This document shows, piece by piece, positions 13,976 through 25,428 of a stretch of DNA of 64,000 nt. The notes under the pieces were generated by a model. The model was not told the DNA's origin and did no database searches. It saw nothing but the letters and a program-made list of their open reading frames with translations. The first letter of the stretch is position 1; every line of letters starts with the position of its first letter. The stretch is from Octopus sinensis (lineage: Eukaryota): the NCBI RefSeq assembly GCF_006345805.1, contig NC_043019.1, positions 28,457,360 through 28,521,359 of the forward strand. Direction: 5' to 3'. Made by a program: the position numbers and the translations under genes.

Positions 13976-14912
13976 CACGTGACCACGTGACCGACCAGAC
14001 CATCAAATGTTGCTACACATCGTTGGTCACAATGCGTTCGCATTGTTTTAGCCTTCGAACGACGCCACTCCGCTGGCTAAGCGAACAGGCCAACAGAAGA
14101 AAGAGTGATGAATGAGTACAGCAGGGATCACCACCCCTTGCCGGAGCCTCGTGGAGCTTTTAGTTGTTTTCGCTCAATAAACACACACACACACACACGC
14201 ACACATACATATATAGATGTGGAGGTGCAATGGCCTAGTGGTTAGGGCAGTGGACTTGCAGTCTTAAGATCGCAGTGGTGATTCCCAGAGTGGGCATTGT
14301 GAGTGTTCATTGAGCGAAAGCACCTAAAGCTCCACAGGGCTCTGGCAGAGTGTGGTGGCGAACCCTGCTGTACTCTTTCACCACAACTTTCTCTCACTCT
14401 TTCTTCCAATTTCTATTGTACCTGTATTTCAAAGGGCCAGCCTTGTCACACTCTGTGTCACGCTGAATCTCCCCAAGAACTATGCTAATAGTACTCGTGT
14501 CTGTGGAGTGCTCAGCCATTTGCACATTAATTTCACAAGCAGGCTGTTCCATTGATCGGATCAACTGGAATACTTGTCGTCATAACCAACGGAATGCCAA
14601 CAACAACGTATATAAATATACATACATACATACACATTTGTGCATGATGTTAAATATTCATGATGTTGTTTCTGCAAATTTAGTCACCTTACAGTGCATA
14701 AATCTATTTCTTATCTCAGAACTTTCGTTTGTTTTCTCTTGTTCCAGAACATTTGTAGGGTTTTCAGTGTTTTGTTGTTTTTTGTTTTCTTTTCCAATTT
14801 AGGAGGAAGGACAGCTTTGATGACCATCTTTCGGGGCCTGCAAAACCCAGCATGGGAAGTGGAGGTGGAAGAGAGGATCATTGCATAACTCATAGGTTAC
14901 CCTTAAACCAAA
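13780..14912 (+). repeat. Copy 1 of a ~490-bp local duplication, interrupted by SINE sequence at ~13976-14610
   Basis: 13800-13975 and 14610-14912 match the contiguous 17530-18012. Confidence 0.85.
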
Positions 14913-15276
14913 CACGGGGGAGACAATGATCAAAGCTATGATAAACTTACAGATATTGAAGAGACAGGGGAGACAAAGATCAAAGCTATGATAAACTTAC
15001 AGATATTGGAGAGAATATTAAACAGGGCACCTTAGAAGATAATGGAATTTAAATGGTAGATTCTCAAACTTTGGGTATTTGGTTACATTCTGATATTCTG
15101 AGTTCAAATCCCAGCTAGACTCATTTTACCTTTCATCCTGCCTTCTGCTGAGAAGAGCTGGGATGAGCCCTAAAAATAAAAGGTAAGACAACGATTTCTA
15201 CCGGAAGGATAAGTAATTAAATCATACATATGAATTTCTGATGAACTGCATTTTCTTTGAGCAAAGGAATAGATAT

Positions 15277-15430
15277 CATCATCATCATCATCGTTTAACG
15301 TCCGTTTTCCACGCTAGCATGGGTTGGACGGTTCGACCGGGGTCTGGGAAGCCAGGGGCTGCACCAGGCTCCAGTCTGATCTGGCAGTGTTTCTACAGCT
15401 GGATGTCCTTCCTAACGCCAACCACTCCTT
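15277..15430 (-). mobile_element. SINE or LINE-tail repeat ending GGACGTTAAACGATGATGATG (family D; also ~17205-17500, 21720-21990, 37620-37820, 50400-50625, 53370-53590, 56170-56435, 56885-57030, 61890-62010, 63910-64000)
   Basis: Many copies with core CTACAGCTGGATGCCCTTCCT and an (ATG)n tail. Confidence 0.8.
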
Positions 15431-15479
15431 CATAACAATTATCCAAGCTTCTTAACATTTCTCAATGGTAACCTGTTGG

Positions 15480-15720
15480 TTGAATTTCATACCCAACCAA
15501 TGATTACACTCAGGAAATGGGATATGTCGTCCTGTTACTTGTATGATTCAGGAGCGTCAGCTCTGACTGTTTGGTCATGTTGCTAAATTTTCTGCATTGG
15601 ATTCTATGTATTGTGTTTTTTTCTTTGTGGATCCGATTGGGATGACAGTTTGTGTTGGCTGACCACATGCCACATGGGCATGGTAGATGAATAAGTATCT
15701 CGCAGAGAGGGGACTAACTT
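15480..15720 (+). mobile_element. RTE-like LINE C-terminal relic
   Basis: VTCMIQERQL*LFGHVAKF resembles the RQLRxxGHV motif. Confidence 0.55.
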
Positions 15721-16221
15721 AGACACTGCATGGAGGGTTGGCTGAGATAACTTGAGCAAATACTAACAAATGATGGAGACATAGATTCGATACAATGGTG
15801 GATGCACCCATACCTGACCTTAACCCTTTAAATGTGCAATTAAATTTCATAGTTATTTCATAGTTATTCCAAATAATGATGATAAATATCTGACAAAAAC
15901 AGAATTGATATTTTCTGCCAGTCACATTGCCTCACATTGACATATCTCAACAAAAAATGACTGAAACATATGAAGGAAAAGAGAAAGATGAACTCAAACA
16001 ACCCAACCTGTAAAGTACATACCTTTACTACAACCTGTAAAAGATACAATTAACGCAAGAAGAACAAGGCTGAAGAAACATGGGGAGAAGTGGCGAATGG
16101 TGATTGTTGGGAGGCTGGGTCGCAAGAAGCAGGGATGTCAAGAGACTGAAACAGGAGGTGAAATGCTGCAGTGGAGAGGATTAATCCCACCTATACAAAC
16201 ATGGAAAGACAAATGTAATAA

Positions 16222-16520
16222 GAATGGTGGTGGTGGTGAGAGAGGTAGTGGTGATGATGATGGCGGTGATGGTGATGGTGGTAAGGATGGTGGTGGTGAT
16301 GGTGGTGGTAGTGGTGTTGATGATGATGGTAGTGGTGGTGGTGGAGGTGGTGATGGTGGTGGTGTTGATGGAGGTGGCGTTGATGGAGGTGGTGTTGATG
16401 GAGGTGGTGGTGGTGGTGGTGGTGATGATGATAGTGGTGGTGGTGGTAATGATGATCATGATGGTGGTGGTGGTGGTAGTGATGGTGATGATGACGATGA
16501 TGATAATGGTTGTGATAATG
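16222..16520. repeat. (GGT)n/(GAT)n compound microsatellite
   Basis: Directly visible. Confidence 0.95.
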
Positions 16521-17519
16521 CTATATCTGAAAGCATGTGGGTTGGTTTTTCTCTTCATATAATCTAAAAGTGCTACAGTCATTAATTAATGAATCATCTA
16601 AAATTCTTGTAGTGCCCCAACATGGCCTCAGTCCAGTAAAATGATAAAATAAAAAAATCGAAGGAGACGAACATAAGCAGTTTCATGTTTCATACATAAT
16701 CAAGATAGTTGGTTCATATCTATATATGTGTATATATGTATACATAGTTATTTGGAGGCGCAATGGCCCAGTGGCTAGGGCAGCGGACTCGCGATCATTG
16801 GATCGCAATTTCGATTCCCAGACCGGGCGTTGTGAGTGTTTATTGAGCGGAAACACCTAAAAAGCTCCATGATGCTCCGGCAGGGGATGGTGGTGATCCC
16901 TGCTGTACTCTTTCACCATAACTTTCTCTCACTCTTACTTCCTGTTTCTGTTGTACCTGTATTTCAAAGGGCCGGCCTTGTCACTCTCTGTGTCACGCTG
17001 AATATCCCCGAGAACTACATTAAGGGTACACGTGTCTGTGGAGTGCTCGGCCACTTACATGTTAATTTCAAGAGCAGGCTGTTCCGTTGATTCGGATCAA
17101 CCAGAACCCTCATCGTCGTAACCGACAGAGTGCTTCCACATAGTTATTTATTAAGGTTACAGAGCAGCCAAACACTAAAAGGGTGTTTCCATCTTAGGTT
17201 ATTCATCATCATCATCATCATCATCGCTTAACGTCCACTTTCCATGCTGGCATGGGTTGGACGGTTTGACTGAGAGCTGGCAAGCCAGAAGGCTGCGTCA
17301 GGCTCCAATCCGATCTGGCAATGTTTCTACAGCTGGATGCCCTTCCTGATGCCAGCAACTCTGAGAGTATAGTGGGCGCTTTTTATGTACCACCGGCATG
17401 AGGGCCAGTCAGGCAGTACTGGCATCAGCCACGCTTGAATAGTGCTTTTTATATGCTACTGGCACGGGAGCCAGTCAGGTGGCACTGGTAACAATCATGC
17501 GCGAAAGGGGCTATTTATG

Positions 17520-18012
17520 TATATATATTCTTATATATATATATAAGAACATCTATCTATTAATGTGTGTGTGTTTGTGTGTAAATATATACATATATAT
17601 GTGTGTGTATATAATGTATATACATATCCATACATGTATACATATACATACACATATATACATACATATACATACATACATACATATATGTATATATATA
17701 TATATACACATACATATATAAATATACATACATACATACACATTTGTGCATGATGTTAAATATTCATGATGTTGTTTCTGCAAATTTAGTCACCTTACAG
17801 TGCATAAATCTATTTCTTATCTCAGAACTTTCGTTTGTTTTCTCTTGTTCCAGAACATTTGTAGGGTTTTCAGTGTTTTGTTGTTTTTTGTTTTCTTTTC
17901 CTATTTAGGAGGAAGGGCAGCATTGATGACCATCTTTCAGGGCCTGCAAAACCCAGTATGGGGAGTGGAGGTGGAAGAGAGAATCATTGCATAACTCATA
18001 GGTTACCCTTAA
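17520..18012 (+). repeat. Copy 2 (uninterrupted) of the ~490-bp duplication
   Basis: Near-identical to the two flanks of copy 1. Confidence 0.85.
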
Positions 18013-18363
18013 GCCAAACACCTCACCCAAACGTTTGTAACAGACAAGACTTAAGAAAAATCAAAGCCGTAAGTGATATCACTAACCCTTTAGCATTTAA
18101 AGCAGACATATCAGAACCAAAACTATTCTATCTATTTTGTGTTGAAAATGGCCAGATCTGGCCTCTCACACTTATCCTGTAATATCCTAAAAATAAGCGA
18201 TTTATAGATGCAGGAGTTGCTGTGTGGTAAGTAGCTTGCTTACCAACCACATGGTTCCAGGATCAATCCCATGGCGAGGCACCTTGGACAAGTGTCTCCT
18301 ACTATAGCCTCGGGCTGACCAAAGACTCGTGAGTGGATTTGGTAGAGGGAAACTGAAAGAAGC

Positions 18364-18399
<36 letters not shown>

Positions 18400-18859
18400 T
18401 GTGTGTCTGAGTTTGTCCCCGCACCATCACTTGACAACTGTTGTTGGTGTGTTCACATCCCCGTAAATTAGCAGTTTAGCAAAAGAGATCAATAGAATAA
18501 GTACTAGGCTTACAAAGAATAAGCCCTTGGGTCAATTTATTCGATTAAAGGTGGTGCTCCAGCATGGCCACAGTCAAATGACTGAAACAAATAAAAGAAT
18601 AACCACAGCATCAGAATCTCAAGGCTACGAGACAATGTGAATAAACAAGCTTTGTATTGGACAAAGTTATCTGGGCGAGGGATCAAGTTGGCTGCCCTAA
18701 ATGAGGTGCAATTTATGTGATGAGCAGGTATCCCTGTAGGAACTATCACATAAAGTGGCTGGTGTTATGAAGGGTATCCAACCATAGAAACCATGCCACA
18801 ACAGACAGCAGAAGGCTGGGCAGCTCCCAGGCTTGCAAGCTCCTGTCAAACCATCCAAC

Positions 18860-19060
18860 TCATAATACAGTTCTATATTTAAGAGATGAGGAATTGTGTA
18901 CATTATTTACATTCGACGGATATTTGTCCTCATCTTGTTTGTTAACACAATATTTTGGTTGATATACCCTCCGGCCTTCATCAGGTGTCTTGGGGAGGGG
19001 AAATTTCGAATCTTGGTTCTCATTCCTAAGGTATTTTTCAATGTTGTTGTTATTATTGTT
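18860..19060 (-). mobile_element. Penelope-like pseudo-LTR repeat with decayed minimal hammerhead (18944-18989); second copy at 39340-39485
   Basis: GACAC-CTGATGA-AGGCCGG...; the 39.4-kb copy keeps GAAAC. Both are consistent with CpG decay of GAAACGTT-GTGTT. Confidence 0.6.
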
Positions 19061-20217
19061 ATGATTGCTCTTCTTTTTCTTCTTCTTCTTCTTCAGGTCA
19101 CTACTTGGAATCAAACTCAGAATCTTGGGGTTAGTAGCCCGTGCTCTTAACCATTATACCATATGCCCGTGGGCAATTATGGAGTGAATTTTAAGGTTTA
19201 TAAATCTAATATTTTCCTATCCTTCCTTAATACTGGTTCCCATATGCTACTCATATCTGCACTCAGTCTGCTTAGGAGGTTGTTGTGTTCTAGCATATTT
19301 GCTGCTTCTTTTAGTTTTGATATTTTCCATTGGTGTTCTCTGACTATTATTTTAACTTCATCCCACAGAGGGAGGTGGTCTCCATTTATCCATACATGAC
19401 CAGCTATACCTGATTTATCAATATCTCCTCATGACACAGCTTTGCGATGTTCGTCTGTCCTTATTTTGATGGGGTGGCATGTTTCGCCTTTGTATAACCT
19501 ACCACATTTGCATGGGATGGAATGCACACAGTCCAACTCATGCCAGCATGGAAAGCAGACTTTAAATGATGATGATGATAATGACAATGATTTTTATAAT
19601 TAAATATTATTGGAAACTGCATACAAAAAAATTAAGATATTTAGCATATTGTAAAAGTATAAGTAATTTATTGCATATAAATTTTAACAGAAAAAAACCT
19701 TATATGTACCCATAAGGGTCATATGCTCCACCTCCCCTGTCAATTGAAAATCACTGGTTTAAATAGTTATAGAGTCTGTTTGTTGTCTGACTCAGAAGGC
19801 TGGCTTTCAATGATTATCAGTTGCAATGGTATTTCTGTTGTATAATACAACAATACAATCACAACACATGCAATCTGTAAAATTTTTTATTTATTTATAT
19901 ATTTTTCTTCTTATTTTATGGAGATGTACTTGCATAGCAAGTGACCCGATCTGAGATCATGTGCTGAACCAAAAACAATTTCAGCATCGAAGGTGTTTAT
20001 AAGCCATTTAAAAACAGACAAAAAACCGTTAGATTCACTTCAACATTTAAATTTAATTTGTCGAAATATTTTCGTTGCTATGAAACCGCAACCTGTTCCG
20101 CAGTTTCATAGTGACGAAAATATTTCGACAAATTAAATTTAAAAGTTGAAGAGAATCTAACGGCTTTTGTGTGTTTTTAAATGGCTTATAAACACCTTCC
20201 ACACTGCAACTGTCCAA

Positions 20218-20245
20218 TTTTATTTTATTTTATTTTATTTTATTT
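20218..20245 (-). terminator. Candidate AADAT polyadenylation signal cluster, (AATAA)n containing overlapping AATAAA
   Basis: First AATAAA I found on the minus strand after the stop codon, about 375 nt downstream; no transcript evidence. Confidence 0.4.
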
Positions 20246-20619
20246 CTGCTGTAAGGTTTGCAATTGACAGATACAATGTAGGATCCACTGGTTTCAATAA
20301 GTTCCTGTATGCTGTAGTGGCACCATTTGGTTACAATACTTTTTAGTGATGAACTTGTGATACCAAGAAACTTTTTTATGTAGTTTTTTAAGTAGTTTTT
20401 CAGAGTAATGATTATAGTTGCCAAATGAAGAACTAAAGCTTTATAAAAATAAAGCTACATATTTTTGATACATATATATATAAAAGTATATTGTTGTTTT
20501 CTATCTCTTTGCAGCTGAATTATAATGAATATATTAAATGTAATTCCCTCACAGCAAAACGTCTGTTGCTAAATGGGATATTACCAAAAACATGCAAAAT
20601 GGCCAGAACCATTCCAACT

Positions 20620-20667
20620 TTAATAACCTCTCTGTTCTTTCACCAATTCTGCTAGACGTTGAAAAGC
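20620..20667 (-). CDS. AADAT: AADAT terminal coding exon, [15 protein letters not shown]
   Basis: ttttctttttcag acceptor, 48 nt ending in TAA; resembles the KAT II C-terminus AFQVLAQLIKE. Confidence 0.92.
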   Translation of the reverse strand, partial: AFQRLAELVKEQRGY

Positions 20668-23124
20668 CTGAAAAAGAAAATAAAAATGCTTTTTAGATAA
20701 AAAGAAAAAAAAAGACTTAGCACTTTAGCATTTAAATTGACCGTATCCAGCCCAAATATTCTACCATATCTGGCCTCTCACACTTACCCTACAATGTCAT
20801 TCTAAAAATAAACAATAACATCATCGAAATTTCTAAGTTATGAGATTGAGACCGTCTTGGATCATGAATGACCATGGGATTGCACCTACAAAGTTACACT
20901 CCGAGGCACAAGTCCGGGCAAAGTTGTTTATTGAAGACCAGCAGTAGCCCATGCATACTGGCCTCACCCCTACATGCCACTGATGTTATCCAAGGGAAAG
21001 GCAACGGCCGATACAGCTTGGCACCAGTGACGTCGCAACTCATTTCTACAGCTAGTGTGCTGAAGCAATGGGAAATAAAGTGTCTTGCTCAAGAACACAA
21101 CACGCAGCTCGGTCCGAGAATCAAACTCACAACCTCACGATCGTACGCTCGACGCTCTAACCACTGAGCCATATGTCTTCACAAGTTATGAGATAATACA
21201 AGATTAATTCAAAAGAATACGGATGAATAAGTATTACATTTGTCATACTAATCTGAATGCTAAAGGGTTAAATGAAATAAAATTAAAATATAATAAAAAA
21301 GTAAATTAGAGATGAGGTGAGATGGGGTGAGATGGTGAACTTTTGAGGTAAGTGAATAAAGATGTCAAATAAGATTTGAAAATATGAATTAGAATATAGT
21401 AATTTGAATAATCATGGAGGCACATAGTGGTTAGAGCAACGGACTCATGGTCAAAGGATTGTGGGTTCAAATCTCAGAATGGGCAATGTATGTGTTTATG
21501 AGCAAAATACCTAAGCTCCATGCAGCTCTGGCAGAAGGTATTGGTGAACCTCTGCTGACTCTTTCACCACAACTTTCTCTCGCTCTTTCCTCCTGCATCT
21601 TGCAGCTCACCTGCGATGGGCCGGCATCCCATCCAGGTGGGGAACCTATACGCCAAAGAAACCAGCCCTTATGAGCCAGGCATGGCTCGTGAAGGAACAA
21701 ACAACAACAACAATTTGAATCATCATCATCATCATTTAACATTCTTTTCCCATGCTTGCATGCGCTGGATGGTTTGACAGGGGTTGGCCAGCTGTGGAGC
21801 TGTCCAGACTCCCATTGTCTATTGTGGCATGGTCTCTATGGCTGGATGCCCTTCCTAACATTACCCACTTTACAGAATGTACTAGGTGTTTTTCAAATGC
21901 CACTGGCATGGGTGTGTTTACACAACACCAGCACAAGTGCATTTTATGTGGCAGTGGCACCTGTAGAGGACAAGCCTGTATGTATGGATGACAGTGATTT
22001 TACTTAGCTTGATGCATCTTATCAGTATCATCATCCAGTGTTTCAAATCTGAGTTTTGTCTCCGTTAATGGGGGTGGCTGGATCTACCTCAATACCTATT
22101 TCTTTATTACCCACAAGGGTAATTAAGTCAATTACATCGACTCCAGTATGTAACCGGTACTTAATTTATCGACCCTGAAAGGATGAAAGGCAAAGTCGAC
22201 CTTGGTGGAATTTGAACTCACAATGTAATGCAGAAGAAATACCTATTTCTTTACTACCCACAAGGGGCTAAACACAGAGAGGACAAACAAGGACAGACAA
22301 ACAGATTAAGTGGATTACATCGACCCCAGTGCATAACTGGTACTTAATTTATCGACCCCGAAAGGATGAAAGGCAAAGTTGACCTCGGCGGAATTTGAAC
22401 TCACAACGTAACGACAGACGAAATACGGTTGCACATTTCGCCCGGCGTGCTAACGTTTCTACCAGCTCGCCGCCTCAATACCATAGCAACTGAGGTAGGC
22501 AGATGCAGCCCACCCCAATCTTTGGGCTGGCTGGTGCCCATTCTCCTTTGCTATCATGAAGCTTTTTTGGAGCTGGATTTTCTGCAGGGCGCATGAGTTT
22601 GCTTACCCCCGACCTCAGTTTTTAGACATAAGTGATCCCGAGACCAAGGTCTCTACCACAATTTTTAAGAAATGTGGCAGAAAACTAGCTCAAGAAGGCA
22701 GGGACACTACTCCCTGAGAACCTTTTCGGAGCCCCCTACCTAATATAATATTTGGAAGACCATATGAATGCACAAACAACACATTTCAAGAGTGGGGAAA
22801 GCTGTTCAATAAATATCTCCATCAGTGGCTGTGGAAAAATGATTACATTTATTAGAGGTGCTTAGTGTGAGAGAGAAATATAGGTGGATGGCAGCACCTA
22901 GTGGAGATATCATTCTTATCTACTCTAAGCACAAGACCTGACACAATGGGTTTCTTACAGTTTCTGTCAAACAAATTCACTCAGAAGGCTTTGATCAACC
23001 CAAGACTATAGTGGAAGACACTTGCCTGAGGTGCCATGCAGTGAAATTGAATCCAGTACCATGTGGTTCAGAAGCAAGCTTCTTACCACACAACCACACA
23101 CACACAAATACACACACACACACA

Positions 23125-23167
<43 letters not shown>

Positions 23168-24865
23168 ACTTTTATATAAGTCATAATTTACTTACCAAAT
23201 ATATATCTTGAGTATCACAGAGAGAAAAAGCTGCCCTGATATAAGGGCACGGCTCATTAGAGGGCATGAAGGCACTTCCTGGAACAAAAAGAATGTCCTT
23301 CTCTTTCCCTTTTTCCATTATGAGTTTATAAGTGTCTTCTATACCAATTAACTTCAGCCATAGGAACATACCTCCAGCAGGAACATTCCATTCTGCGATA
23401 CCTAAATCAATAACAAAATTATATTGTAGTAGGCACGTGAAAGTAATGTTGTGAGTAAACAAACATTTAGATTAGTTGAAATATATTTGGGTCATAGTTG
23501 AGCTAGAAAAAGGCCATATTCACTGCTGTTTGCCATTGAGAAAAATTCTTGCTTAGGTGAATATTTCATTTTAGTCTAGGCAGTCCCACTGCATGGTACC
23601 TTGGGCAAGTGTCTTCTACTATAGCTTCAGGCTGACCAAAGCCTTGTGAGTGGATTTGGTAGACGGAAACTGAAAGAAGCCTGTCATATATATGTATGTA
23701 TATATGTGTGTCTGTGTGTGTGTGTGTGTGTGTGTGCGTGTGTGTATGTTTGTGTGTCTGTGTTTGTCCCTCCCAACATCGCTTGACAACCGATGCTGGT
23801 ATGTTCATATCCCCGTAACTTAGCGGTTCAGCAAAAGAGACCGATAGAATAAGTACTAGGCTTACAAAGAATAAGTCCTGGGGTCAATTTGCTCAACTAA
23901 AGGCGGTGCTCCAGCATGGCCACATTCAAATGACTGAAACAAGTAAAAGAGTAAACAAATTGACCCCAGCACTTATTATTTTTTTTAAGGCCTGGTATTT
24001 ATTCTATCAGTCTCTTTTGCTGAACCGCTCAGTTATGCAGATGTAAACACACAAACACTAGTTGCCAAGTGATGGTGGGACACACACAAAGACGATATTA
24101 CCTGGATAACTGTCTAGTAGGTCATTACTTGTTGATGTGATCCTGCTCCTACCAGCTCAGAAGACATTCCAACATACTAAAGGTTAGTCGCCCTACCCAA
24201 GAAGGCAGCGAGCTGGCAGAATCGTTAGCACGCCGGGCGAAATGCGTAGCCGTATTTCGTCTGCTGTTACGTTGTGAGTTTAAATTCCGCCGAGGTCGAC
24301 TTTGCCTTTCATCCTTTCGGGGTCGTTAAATTAAGTACCAGTTACGCACTGGGGTCGATATAATCGACTTAATCCGTTTATCTGTCCTTGTTTGTCCTCT
24401 CTGTGTTTAGCCCCTTGTGGGCTATAAAGAAATAGTCTTCCTACCCAAGAAAACAGAAAGACTACATGAAAAGCCCTTTACCTTTCAGATGTTTTTCAGC
24501 AGCATCAATAGTTATATCTCTACGCTTTTCATAAAATTCCGCTACTTTTTTAGTATGTTCCCTGAAGCCAGACAAGCCCCATTCTGTTAAAATCTTGTAG
24601 ATCAAAAACTATAACAAAAAAAAAAAAACAAAAAACAGAAAGGAATTTGTTTTGTATTGATTATATTGAATATAGGCATGCTTCATGGATAACAAATTCA
24701 TTTTGCAAACATAGGTTCAATCCCATTGCACAGTAGTTTAGGTAAGTACCTTCTACCACTTCCAGTGTAGATTCAGACAGGCCAATAACTCGCTTGTGGA
24801 GATTTGATAGATAGAAGCTATACAGAAGCCCGTCATAAGAGAGAAAGAGAGAGAGAGAGAGAGAA

Positions 24866-24896
<31 letters not shown>

Positions 24897-25391
24897 CAGA
24901 GAGTGTGCACACATTCATGAATGTGTGCACGTGGGAGGTTTCAGGTTCAGTGCCACAACATTGCACCTTGGGTAAATATCTTCTACTATGGTCCCAAGCC
25001 AGCCAAAGCATTATGAGTCGGTTTTGTAGGCAGAAACTGAAAGAAGCTGGTTGTGCGTATGTATGTATGAATATGTGTGTGTGTTTATATATATATATAT
25101 ATGGAGGCGCAATGGCCCAGTGGTTAGGGCAGCGGAGTTGCGGTTATAGGATCGCGGTTTTGATTCCCAGACCGGGCATTGTGAGTGTTTATTGAGCGAA
25201 AACACCTAAAGCTCCACGCGGCTCTGGCAGGGGGTGGTGGCGATTCCTGCTATACTCTTTTGCCACAACCTTCTCTCACTCTTTCTTCTGTTGGCCTGCT
25301 CGCTTAGCCAGTGGGGTGGTGTCATTTGAAGGCTAAAACAATGTGAAGCGCATTGTGACCAGCGATGTGTAGCAACATCTGGTCAGTCACG

Positions 25392-25428
<37 letters not shown>

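Noticed and set aside
14915-15010. ~47-bp direct tandem duplication
   Set aside because: Ordinary slippage duplication with no further structure.
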